Origin: a virus
DNA length: 64,000 nt
Strand: one strand, 5' to 3'
Virus record (IMG/VR): IMGVR_UViG_3300049460_000123
Coordinates: 29,509 to 93,508 of that record
A program made the position numbers and the translations under genes. How positions within the stretch are numbered: the stretch's first letter is position 1; each line of letters begins with the position of its first letter. This document shows, piece by piece, positions 50,788 through 59,253 of this stretch. The notes beneath the pieces are model-generated. The model was not told the DNA's origin and did no database searches. It was given only the letters and a program-made list of their open reading frames with translations.

Positions 50788-50838
50788 TAATTATTTTTGA
50801 TCAATGCGTTGATCTTTTTTGATCAAGTGCGGTATGAT
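50788..50838 (+). promoter_or_regulatory. Promoter of the ncRNA locus with two operators
   Basis: TTGATC-18-TATGAT; operators at 50788 and 50810. Confidence 0.7.
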
Positions 50839-50844
50839 TCGTTC

Positions 50845-51350
50845 ATCGGTTCAGCGCTCTTTCTGGCTGAAGCGATCGAGGGGAGCGACTTCGAAATACG
50901 CCCAACGAATTGCAGCAGAGACGAGCCGGTGCGATGACGACTGCATCCTCAATTGGCGAGACAAAAGTACGTCCGAATGCCACATCGTTAAAGTGCCCCC
51001 GCCAGGGTGACGGCGTGTTATGTGTCAAATGCGCAGAGATGCGCCGATTCGCCGCCGTAAGCGGCCAGATTTATTGCTGGTGATGCGACCGCTGTCGACG
51101 CGGCCCGAAAGGGATAGTCGGATGAGGATTAGCAGGAGTGCCTCATGTTAGAAAACCACTGCAGCACAGTACGGCTTTAGATTCCGGCCGGGACTGTTCG
51201 TGAAGTGGATGAGACTGGTGCAGATGGGGTCGCGAGCCGAAAGGCCCACGCTTTGACGCCCGAAGGTGCGAGCATTCACAGATCGTTAGCCGATTGACTG
51301 GCGTAAGCAGTCGTTTTCAAAGCGCGTTCCTCGAGCGTTCTTCGAAAACC
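50845..51350 (+). ncRNA. Putative large structured ncRNA
   Basis: No credible ORF; many short stems capped by GAGA/GAAA/GTAA loops. Confidence 0.6.
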
Positions 51351-51356
51351 CCGCGC

Positions 51357-51575
51357 TACGGCGCACCAAACCGGCCACAAGATAGGGTGGACGCTGGAAC
51401 TCGTAACCAGCACCGTCATAACGGAGCCTGTGCCAATGTCGTGCGCACGAATATTTTGGCGTCGATTCGGGTTCCGTTGTGAGGGTTAAAGCGCGGGCTG
51501 GGATATACCGGCCGCCCTCGAAGTGGAAAGCCCCGGTACACAAGCCGGCGAGCTGGTGCAGAGCCAGCACCTTCA
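51357..51575 (+). ncRNA. Two degenerate tRNA-like units
   Basis: Both end in GCTGG-loop-CCAGC-ACC[GT]TCA, a T-arm-like stem plus acceptor strand. Confidence 0.45.
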
Positions 51576-51650
51576 AGTGTGTCGACTCGGAGAACCGTCA
51601 CGTAGCGCTGCGCGCGCCTGCGAGACATACGTCAGTCTGAGTCGACACGC

Positions 51651-51782
51651 TTGAAGGTGACGAAATTGGTAGACGTAGGTGGTTAGGGCAATGCGACGCA
51701 TTGGGCAAACGAGGCGCCAGAGCTCGGAGCCATAAAACCTAAAGCCGCCGGCCATTGCGGGTTCGAGTCCCGCCCTTCTCCG
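51651..51782 (+). ncRNA. tRNA-Leu-like element with a 62-nt anticodon loop
   Basis: D arm GACGAAATTGGTAGACGT; T arm GCGGG-TTCGAGT-CCCGC; GGTGG/CCGCC stem; only 5-bp acceptor stem. Confidence 0.65.
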
Positions 51783-51816
51783 AAAGGTCTCTCGCATACT
51801 CCCCGTATTGCGATTC

Positions 51817-51844
51817 AGGGCGCCCTAACCGGCGCCCTTTTTTT
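51817..51844 (+). terminator. Intrinsic terminator of the RNA locus
   Basis: AGGGCGCC-ctaacc-GGCGCCCT-TTTTTT. Confidence 0.85.
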
Positions 51845-51846
51845 CG

Positions 51847-52185
51847 TCAAGCGATCACGCCGGCGGCGATAGCCGACCACAGTACTTTGCACGCGAAGTG
51901 GATCGCCTGATCCGTCCGCAGACCGATCCGATTGTCACACTTGAGAAAGTCCGTCACCGCATGGACGATCGCCTCCGCCACGCCGAGCACGATCGAGCCC
52001 GTGAACAGCGCGACGAACCCGGCATGCACCATCGAATGCGCGAACAGCGCGTGAGGCCAAAAGATCTTTCCGAGTGGCGTGTTTCGGTTCTTACCATTGG
52101 CGAGAAAATCGCCCTGAAGCGGGTAGTCGGCGAGCGAATGGCCGACAACGAGCCAGAACAGGATCGTGAGGAACGCGACGGTCAT
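51847..52185 (-). CDS. DUF3307 membrane protein
   Basis: GHSLADYPLQ...HS.VH...HAVTD..K...DQAIH. Confidence 0.85.
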   Translation of the reverse strand: MTVAFLTILFWLVVGHSLADYPLQGDFLANGKNRNTPLGKIFWPHALFAHSMVHAGFVALFTGSIVLGVAEAIVHAVTDFLKCDNRIGLRTDQAIHFACKVLWSAIAAGVIA

Positions 52186-52382
52186 AGCGCGATCGCCTCG
52201 CGGATCCGCGTGCACACAGTCGCCGGACCATCCAGGATGATGTCGTGCACATCCTCGCGCGTGGCAGAGTCGAGCTCGTTGAATGCTAAAGCCTCCTCAT
52301 CGCCGAGGACAAGCGGGCCATTGGTGCGGAGCACCAGGAAGGAATTGACCGCGCCCTCGAGCGCGTATCGGTGAAAACGCAT
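52182..52382 (-). CDS. Hypothetical protein
   Basis: GGAG SD; late promoter variant at 52417. Confidence 0.55.
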   Translation of the reverse strand: MRFHRYALEGAVNSFLVLRTNGPLVLGDEEALAFNELDSATREDVHDIILDGPATVCTRIREAIAL

Positions 52383-52417
52383 GATGGAGTCTCCATTAAG
52401 ATGGCTCCATCATGTCG

Positions 52418-52771
52418 TCACGATTCCGCGCACGGCTCCCAAACTTTCACGCCCGCGTTGCGCGCCTGCGCGATCATGTCGGCCGTGCCGGATCCGCCAG
52501 GAAAAGCTGCGACGCCATCGGGTTTCCACTCCTCGAGCATGCGCATGTTGCGCAGCGGCCCGGCGCGCTTGCCGTGCTTCTTCCATTCGGCCGGCACAGC
52601 CAGGCACGGCACCTCGTTCAGCCGCGCCCACGCGCCGGCCAGTGTATCGGCACCGGTTGCGCCCCCGTGAATGACGAGCATGATCGGCCGCTTGGCGTGC
52701 GCGCGATCGAGCGCTGCATACACCGCGTCGACGTCGCGATAGTCGCGGCCGCCGCAGACGAGTAGCTTCAC
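52418..52771 (-). CDS. YspA/SLOG-family protein (DUF2493)
   Basis: LLVCGGRDY...IHGGATGAD...W..HGKRAGPLRN..ML...AFPGGSGT. Confidence 0.88.
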   Translation of the reverse strand: MKLLVCGGRDYRDVDAVYAALDRAHAKRPIMLVIHGGATGADTLAGAWARLNEVPCLAVPAEWKKHGKRAGPLRNMRMLEEWKPDGVAAFPGGSGTADMIAQARNAGVKVWEPCAES

Positions 52772-53133
52772 GCGCGGCGACGCTTATCTATGGCGTTGAG
52801 CACGGACTCGCGGTTGCACGTCGAGCAGGCGCCTGGCCCGCTACACCTCATTCGAGCACCATCGGCGCGCGGTCGCACATGCCCGTGTCCGTTCTCCCAG
52901 TCGTAATTATCCTCGAAGCCCTCGAACAGATCGCCCGTCGACTTGACCGGATCCAGACCCTTGAACGGGTTCGGCGCGATCGGCTTCTTCGCCGGAGCCG
53001 GAAACAGCACCATCTGGTGATCGTTCAGTTTCGCGCGCTTGACGCGGTTGTCCGAGTGCGGTTTGACTACGACGCCGTCCTTGCGCGTGTAGCCCTGAAC
53101 CATCGACTTGAGGAGGAGGAAAATTTTCGTCAT
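52768..53133 (-). CDS. Small late protein, probably capsid-internal
   Basis: MTKIFLLLKS, GYTRKDG.VVKPH; leaderless late promoter. Confidence 0.7.
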   Translation of the reverse strand: MTKIFLLLKSMVQGYTRKDGVVVKPHSDNRVKRAKLNDHQMVLFPAPAKKPIAPNPFKGLDPVKSTGDLFEGFEDNYDWENGHGHVRPRADGARMRCSGPGACSTCNRESVLNAIDKRRRA

Positions 53134-53176
53134 GCGCTCATTTTCGCGTCACGACGCGCGGCGCCAGAATGCCGCT

Positions 53177-53272
53177 AACAGACTCGAAGTGTGTTGCAGG
53201 CACGCCGCAAACCAGCGCCCAGCATAACGGCGCCGTGCTGGCCGCCGCGCGCCGGGCGCTGATCGGGCGCAA
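53177..53272 (+). repeat. Bipartite module-boundary element, copy 5
   Basis: AACAGAC-tcgaa-GTGTGTT; GGGCGC-tgatc-GGGCGCAA at offset 77. Confidence 0.85.
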
Positions 53273-55387
53273 TTAGTTGTAGTAAAGCGGAACGAGCGCC
53301 ACCGCATCCGCGACGACATACCCAGTCGTCCCCGTGTTGCCCACAACCACCTTATTGTTCGCCGGATCGTTCGCCGTGAATGCATAGGTTCCGATCAGCT
53401 TCCATGCGCCGGAGTTGATCTGGTTGACGTTCACCGCCGCCTGCGCGACGCCGGCCGCCGTCACCGTATGCGGAACTGCACCCGAGCGCGTCGAGCTCTC
53501 CGGAAAGAACGCATAGGCGCCATACGTGCCGGCCTTGGCGAGCGCGAAACGAAACTCTACCGAGCACGTCCCTTTGTTCGTCGCATTGTCCGACAGGTAA
53601 GTCGGCCCGTAGATCGACGACTCTGCAAACGTGCTGAGTGTCTGCACCTCTTGCCATGCGCCCGCGACGACTATCTGTCCATTGCCGGCGGCATCGACAT
53701 ACGTGCCTACAACGTTGCCGCCCGGCGGAATGTCGAGCACGGCCGCGCCAGGCGGGAAATAACCCATGCTTTCCCGGATCTTGTACGGATCGACCGCCTG
53801 CACCGTCGACGCGAGATCGATCGCGCGGGCAGCGGCGAAGCCTGCAATCTCGCCGAGCTGCATGGCGATCGGCTCGACGCGGATCGATGCGAACGCGGCA
53901 TGCGACGCCGACACCGCGAAAGTGACGAGCAGGTTCGTGCACTCAGTCACTTTCGGGCACAGCGCCCTATAGCTGATCCAGTACCGACCATCCTGGCCGC
54001 CGCTCGCTGTCTTCTGGAAGAACCCGCCCTCGAGCGCGATGAATCCGTTGTAGACGACCGTTTGGCAATGGTGCGAGTCCATCGCATAGAAGCCGATCGC
54101 GACGCCGTCCGTTACCGGATCGATGCGCTGGCAATGACGATCGGTCATGACAAAATCGCCGATCATGCGGCGTCCCTCTCGCACGTAGAGCTGCTTGGGC
54201 AGTCCGTGCCGAGTCTGCATCTGCAGATATGGCGGAAGGCCGAACCCGGCAAGCGTCGTCTTGATCGCGGCCGGCACGCGCGAGTCTTCGCGCAGGAACT
54301 TGAACAGGCCCAGCGTCCAGTCGACGTGCTGCTGATAAATCGCCTCGCGTTCAGCATACGTCGCAGTCGGCCATGCGTCGGCGCCGCCGATAAAGTCGAG
54401 CTGCTGCAGCGCTGAGCCCGCATTCAGATCGGTCACGCCGTCTTTGCACAGGTGATCGTTAAACAGGCCCGGCGGATTGGAGTTGTCACTCCATGCCGTG
54501 ATCTGACCCGCCGCGAACTGACGACCCAGGATCTCGTAATTGAGCGCGCTATAGTGCGTCGGCTCCGGGAATCGGCGGAAGGTGCCCGGGCCGCCGCTCG
54601 TCGAAACCACGTTGACGCGGAACCCGTACGCCTGGACGCGATCGTCGCCGGTTCCGACGGCCGCGACCGTTGCATTCACACCCGGCAGCAGGCCGGACGA
54701 CGGAACGGCCGCCGTGATATACGGATCCACCTGCCACGCGCCGGCCTTGTTGTAGGGAGTGACGACGCCGTTATAGGTCTCGTTGTACTGACTGTTCGGC
54801 TCGCGTCCGACCGCGAACGAGCAGCCGGCGGCCGCCATAAGATCGCCCTCATAGCTTGCATCGATGTACACCTTCGCCGTCACCGTCAATTGCGGCGCGA
54901 CCAGCGGCGTCAATGAATCCTCGAACGTCACCGCGCTAATCTCCGCGCCGGATTTCTTCACGGCAGACGGGATAACGCGGTAGTTATTGCGGACCGTGAT
55001 CCGGTTCGTCGACAGCAGTGCCGTGAGCTGGGCAACCATCGCTTTAGGCGACGCGTTCAGACTTTGCCCCCAAAACGTCGGGTAGTCCGTCACGCTGGCG
55101 GAATAGTTCGAGCTCCATATCGCCCGGTAGAGCGCATTGGCGAGCCCCTTCACGACGTTGCAGTCGCCGCCAGCTCGATCGGTGTAACTCAGGCCGCCTT
55201 GTGCCGGCATGCCGCCGAAAATCGTATCCGGATTGATCAGCTCGACCGTCTTTCCGTTCTGCGCGGCCGATATCGCCGCCAGTATCCCGCTGCACGTCGC
55301 GCCATAGACGCAGACGTCAACATTGCTCGTCGCATAGAGCGAATCGGCCTGGTGCCGAGCCAATCCCGGCGCGTCAAGAATTCCCAT
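53273..55387 (-). CDS. FAD-dependent oxidoreductase with C-terminal golvesin/xanthan-lyase-CBM-like domain
   Basis: DVCVYGATCSG..AA..AA..G, YIDASYEGDLMAAAG...GRE, YVREGRRMIG, MDSH, SASHAAFASIRVEP; C-terminal W..IGTY.F...VVADAV. Start trimmed to MGILDAPG. Confidence 0.85.
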   Translation of the reverse strand: MGILDAPGLARHQADSLYATSNVDVCVYGATCSGILAAISAAQNGKTVELINPDTIFGGMPAQGGLSYTDRAGGDCNVVKGLANALYRAIWSSNYSASVTDYPTFWGQSLNASPKAMVAQLTALLSTNRITVRNNYRVIPSAVKKSGAEISAVTFEDSLTPLVAPQLTVTAKVYIDASYEGDLMAAAGCSFAVGREPNSQYNETYNGVVTPYNKAGAWQVDPYITAAVPSSGLLPGVNATVAAVGTGDDRVQAYGFRVNVVSTSGGPGTFRRFPEPTHYSALNYEILGRQFAAGQITAWSDNSNPPGLFNDHLCKDGVTDLNAGSALQQLDFIGGADAWPTATYAEREAIYQQHVDWTLGLFKFLREDSRVPAAIKTTLAGFGLPPYLQMQTRHGLPKQLYVREGRRMIGDFVMTDRHCQRIDPVTDGVAIGFYAMDSHHCQTVVYNGFIALEGGFFQKTASGGQDGRYWISYRALCPKVTECTNLLVTFAVSASHAAFASIRVEPIAMQLGEIAGFAAARAIDLASTVQAVDPYKIRESMGYFPPGAAVLDIPPGGNVVGTYVDAAGNGQIVVAGAWQEVQTLSTFAESSIYGPTYLSDNATNKGTCSVEFRFALAKAGTYGAYAFFPESSTRSGAVPHTVTAAGVAQAAVNVNQINSGAWKLIGTYAFTANDPANNKVVVGNTGTTGYVVADAVALVPLYYN

Positions 55388-55395
55388 TTTGTTCC

Positions 55396-55782
55396 TTATA
55401 CGATGGTGATAGCGGGCTGCGCAGTCACCGCGCCGTTGACGTCGCGCGTAACCGCGAGTTGCGTGAGAGTTTTTGCGGGCGGCCCGGCATACGTCGCATG
55501 CCATGCGTTGATCGCACCGCTCGCAGGGTCTTGCGCATCCGTGACGTAGGTGCCGGGCGTCCCATCCGGCCAAACGATGCTTGCGGACAAAAGCACGCCG
55601 TTCGCGTCGCGCGTGCCCGAAACGAGTTGCCCGAAGTTGCCGGCGTACGCCCAGCCGAGAAGCGCCTGAACGATGTTCCCGACCGGCGAGAATTTGCGGA
55701 TCTCATCGAGCGCTTCGTTAGCCCTTGCGGCCGCCGCGAACGCTTGAGCTAACGAGCTCTGACTGATATCAAGTGTGGTCAT
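55396..55782 (-). CDS. Putative virion adaptor protein
   Basis: TRDANG....A.IVWPDG.PG.Y...TQ.AVTRD.NGAV motif; late promoter. Confidence 0.6.
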   Translation of the reverse strand: MTTLDISQSSLAQAFAAAARANEALDEIRKFSPVGNIVQALLGWAYAGNFGQLVSGTRDANGVLLSASIVWPDGTPGTYVTDAQDPASGAINAWHATYAGPPAKTLTQLAVTRDVNGAVTAQPAITIV

Positions 55783-55826
55783 GCGCAACCTTTCGTAGTG
55801 GTTACTGAATGGTCACGTCACGACTC

Positions 55827-55920
55827 AACAGACAAGAAGTCTGTTAGCAGAATGTCCGAATAGCCCTAGATATAAGGCTGCGCACGACACAGCGGAATGT
55901 GCCGGGCGCAGCTTGGGCGC
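55827..55920 (+). repeat. Bipartite module-boundary element, copy 6
   Basis: Perfect arms AACAGAC-aagaa-GTCTGTT; GGGCGC-agctt-GGGCGC at offset 77. Confidence 0.85.
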
Positions 55921-57962
55921 TAGTAAGACCGCTCGACGAACAAGATGCAGCCGGGCGATGCCGCGCGCGTGAGCATGCCGCGCTCCTCGCAGTTGCCCGT
56001 GTCTGCATCGAACGACACACAGCGGCCGCACCGCTCGCCATCCGGCAGCGCCTCGAATATCTGCGCGACCGCCGGCGGCATGCCGACCTGTTTCGCCACC
56101 TCGACGAGATCCTTGTGCGGGTTTGCTTCCGGCATGATGAATGTGCTTGTCCCGTGAGCGCGCGACCAGGCCACGTCGCAAAGCATGTTTGCATACGAAA
56201 AGTGCGGATCGATACCGACCTTCTTGACCGACCGCTTGTACGCGTTGGTCTCCTCGTCTTTCTCCGCAACCAGCGCCGTCTTCGTGAAGTGGTGGAACGC
56301 GCGCGGCAGCACGGCGGCCGTCTTCATCACGCCCTTGTCCATCACCTCCTGAATGAGCCCCTGCGGATCCGGAAACAGGCACGTCGCCGAGGTAATGCGC
56401 GCCATCGACACCTGCATGCACTTGTACTGATCCATGCGCAGCGTGTAGCGATCGCGCGCCTCCTCGTCGGTCCGCCGCTCCGACACGTCGAGCTTGGGCG
56501 CGTCGCCCCACTGGATCATCCCCTCCTTGACCGAGCCGAAGCTATCGCAGATGAACACCCGGCCCGGATGCCGCGTCGCGAATTTCTTCGCGTCGTTGTA
56601 GTTCGGGTTGATTTCAACCACGCATACGTCGACGCCGTACAGATCCATGAGCTCAGACGAGCGCGCGAACGGATCCGCGCCATAGGTCTCCTCGACGTGA
56701 ATCGTCGCCTGACGGCCGTCCGGCATACGCTCCTTGATCACGTGCACGTTGAAGTTACCCATTTGGTCAATACCCATGTAGGTATGACGCGCGCGCGACT
56801 TCCATACGACGCCGGCTTTTTTGCCCTCCTCGACGCAGTTCGCGCAGTGCTCGAGCGTCACCGGCACCTGCGATGGATCGAGGTATGGCTTGCCGAGCTT
56901 CCGGTTGAAAAAGTTTTTCATGTCCGTCGCCGAGTTGAACGCGTCCATGATTTCGCCGGCCGCGATCGTTGGCGAGAGGAATTGGGGAAAGTGAATCGAG
57001 CGGATCCGCAGCGGCCGCTCCTTCTTCTCGATCGTGTAGTCGATCGGCTTGTCGGCCGCCGGGTTGTCCGCGATCCACTCGCCGCGCTGCGTATCGGTGA
57101 TCCAGTGCCCATTGCGGCACACGTACCGATAGCGCTCCTTCTCCGAGTCCCACTTGATGCAGTTCGGCCAGTACGAGTCGAGCGGCGCGCGATCGGCGCA
57201 CGTCGGGCATTCCGTATGGAACTGGTATTGCGATCCGCGTTTGTACCAGTAATGGATGTCAGCATCCGGCCAGTTCGCCGTCGAGCCCATCAGCGTGAAA
57301 CGCACTGGCGACGCAGACAGACGCTCGATCGTCTTTTCCATCTGCTCGAGCGTCATCTCCTGTACCTCGTCGAACGACAAAATGTCCATTGGGACAGATT
57401 CAGTCGTCGCGCGTCCGGACGTCCACGAAAAGATGAACAGCGCCTCAGCAATCCGGCGCCGGTTGACGTTGCCCTCGCCCGTCTTACGGCCAGAGCCGTC
57501 GGCCGCGTCCTGCGTCATGAGCTCGTGCACGGACGGCACCGAGCGCACGATCGGCATGAATCGTTCTGTCGACTTCAGACCGGCCAGGTTCATATCCGGC
57601 AGGAACATGCCGACCGTCGCCGGGCCGAAGCGGATCCCGAGATAGATCGTCGCCAACATCTCCATCACCGTGAAACCCACCTGCGCGCACTTCATCAGGA
57701 CGAGCACCAAGCGATAGGCCTCGTCTTCCGTGCTGGGCACCTGGTCATAGATCCATGCCATCGCCGGACGGTCGTCGAGCTGGAACGGTTTGCCGTCGAC
57801 CTTCAGGCCATCGCGCCCGAGCTGCAGGCACCATTCCTTGAACGTCACGCCTTCGGCGATCTTGGTTTTCTCGATCCGGAATCCAGTCTTCGCCTCGAGG
57901 CGCGCGATCAGGCCCGCCAGCGAAGGGAGCCCATCCCGCTTTGACATTCTCGATCGCGCCAT
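55920..57962 (-). CDS. terL: Terminase large subunit (GpA-like)
   Basis: MKCAQVGFT, ILSFDEVQEM, MGST, YMGIDQMG, DPHFSYAN. Confidence 0.9.
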   Translation of the reverse strand: MARSRMSKRDGLPSLAGLIARLEAKTGFRIEKTKIAEGVTFKEWCLQLGRDGLKVDGKPFQLDDRPAMAWIYDQVPSTEDEAYRLVLVLMKCAQVGFTVMEMLATIYLGIRFGPATVGMFLPDMNLAGLKSTERFMPIVRSVPSVHELMTQDAADGSGRKTGEGNVNRRRIAEALFIFSWTSGRATTESVPMDILSFDEVQEMTLEQMEKTIERLSASPVRFTLMGSTANWPDADIHYWYKRGSQYQFHTECPTCADRAPLDSYWPNCIKWDSEKERYRYVCRNGHWITDTQRGEWIADNPAADKPIDYTIEKKERPLRIRSIHFPQFLSPTIAAGEIMDAFNSATDMKNFFNRKLGKPYLDPSQVPVTLEHCANCVEEGKKAGVVWKSRARHTYMGIDQMGNFNVHVIKERMPDGRQATIHVEETYGADPFARSSELMDLYGVDVCVVEINPNYNDAKKFATRHPGRVFICDSFGSVKEGMIQWGDAPKLDVSERRTDEEARDRYTLRMDQYKCMQVSMARITSATCLFPDPQGLIQEVMDKGVMKTAAVLPRAFHHFTKTALVAEKDEETNAYKRSVKKVGIDPHFSYANMLCDVAWSRAHGTSTFIMPEANPHKDLVEVAKQVGMPPAVAQIFEALPDGERCGRCVSFDADTGNCEERGMLTRAASPGCILFVERSY

Positions 57963-58621
57963 CAGCCGATCCGCGCGTTGACGTTGAAACCGATCGCGTC
58001 GTTCGCATTGCGCATGCGGACCAGAATCGACTGCTGCACTTCAGGACTGACCTTGCCGATCTCCTCGACGACGACCCGGAACAGCTCCTCCATCTGCTCG
58101 AGACCGAACAGGAATTCCTGCGACCGGATGTAGGTGTCCATCATGTCGCGCTTTTTGCCGACGACCTTGTCCAGCAACATCGGGTTGACGAGGCGCTCCT
58201 TTCCGTCCGCGTCAGCCTTGACCGCCGCCGAGCGCAGCAAAGCGATGTCCGCCAGGATCTCGTAGAAAAACGCAATGAAGTTGAAAGTCTGCTGCACGGC
58301 GCCCGGCGGCAGCGCGGCGATGATCGCCGGAGACGGCGCTACAGGAAGTTGTGCCTTGAGCTTTTTTTCCGTCACCTCCGGCGACAGCTCGACGCTCGAG
58401 CGGATCCGCTTCTGTGCGAGTTGCAGCGCGAGCGTGCCGTGCTCGGATGCGACATCCTCGAATCCGTCCTTGGCTTCTTTGATCCAGCGGAAGAACGTCG
58501 CGCGGGAGACCGCCGGAAACTTGGCGAACAGTTCGGCGTAATTCGAGGTGCCGTGAATGCTGAGGTGCTCAGCGATCGCCCGCATTACTTCGGGCTTTTG
58601 GTCTTCTTTCGGTCGTGCCAT
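57962..58621 (-). CDS. Terminase small subunit (putative)
   Basis: N-terminal HTH (VSRATFFRWI); TGATG-coupled to terL; late promoter. Confidence 0.65.
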   Translation of the reverse strand: MARPKEDQKPEVMRAIAEHLSIHGTSNYAELFAKFPAVSRATFFRWIKEAKDGFEDVASEHGTLALQLAQKRIRSSVELSPEVTEKKLKAQLPVAPSPAIIAALPPGAVQQTFNFIAFFYEILADIALLRSAAVKADADGKERLVNPMLLDKVVGKKRDMMDTYIRSQEFLFGLEQMEELFRVVVEEIGKVSPEVQQSILVRMRNANDAIGFNVNARIG

Positions 58622-58697
58622 TGACGATGCTCAGAGTGCGATAAGGTATCAGTGTGGTATCACGACTGATACCGAGTATCGACACTCAGTCTCACCA

Positions 58698-58779
58698 TGC
58701 GCCCGAGTAGCGCCCTATGGCGGAAAACTGACGCGGAACCCTTGTCAGGCTTGGTCCCGCATCAGATCCCTAATCTGTT
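58698..58779 (-). repeat. Bipartite module-boundary element, copy 7 (short spacer)
   Basis: Minus strand AACAGAT-taggg-ATCTGAT; GGGCGC-tactc-GGGCGCA at offset 64. Confidence 0.75.
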
Positions 58780-58981
58780 AGACCAAAAGATGCGCCTTGA
58801 CCACTTCGGCCGCATGCATCGGATTGATGCTGCACGACACGACACGCTGTGCGCCGAGGATTACGTTTTCCGCCTGCTTCAGAACCATCTGCGCCTCGCC
58901 GACCGTCAGGCCGTCCAGCACATTGATCACGTCCACCGCATGCGCGGCGATCTTTCCGACTTCGTCAGTCTTGAACATCAC
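58778..58981 (-). CDS. Hypothetical protein
   Basis: GGAG SD; TAA overlaps element copy 7. Confidence 0.55.
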   Translation of the reverse strand: MMFKTDEVGKIAAHAVDVINVLDGLTVGEAQMVLKQAENVILGAQRVVSCSINPMHAAEVVKAHLLV

Positions 58982-59021
58982 ATCTCCAAAGATTTGCCGG
59001 CAACCGGCCGGCGCGGAATTC

Positions 59022-59135
59022 TCAACAGCGCAACGCGTAGCAGATCAGCGCAACCATCGCTAAGAGCGCCGGCCATGCGGAGCCGAACGCCAGCGACGCA
59101 ACGGCCGCCAAATTCAGAATGAGATACCAGAACAT
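59022..59135 (-). CDS. 37-aa membrane peptide
   Basis: MFWYLILNLAAVASLAFGSAWPALLAMVALICYALRC; TGATG coupling. Confidence 0.45.
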   Translation of the reverse strand: MFWYLILNLAAVASLAFGSAWPALLAMVALICYALRC

Positions 59136-59253
59136 CAGCGCATCCGGCCGGGCGTATAGACGGCCCAGCCTGCGGCCGATCGGTGCCCGCGCTCCTCAAC
59201 CGGACGCGGATCGTAGACCATCGCAACCATATGCAGCCAGAACAGGAACGGCA

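Noticed and set aside
51651-51782. Functional tRNA-Leu
   Set aside because: No 7-nt anticodon loop, a 5-bp acceptor stem and no CCA.
50819-51797. Short ORFs across the RNA locus
   Set aside because: No SD, atypical composition, and they overlap strong RNA structure.
55826-55920. Hairpin cluster as a ribozyme
   Set aside because: No hammerhead or HDV core is recognisable; it is explained as boundary element copy 6.
7452-57944. Long plus-strand ORFs (7452-10262, 11125-13188, 16782-19694, 22088-24889, 34142-35779, 55899-57944)
   Set aside because: Antisense shadows of well-supported genes in high-GC DNA, with no recognisable motifs.
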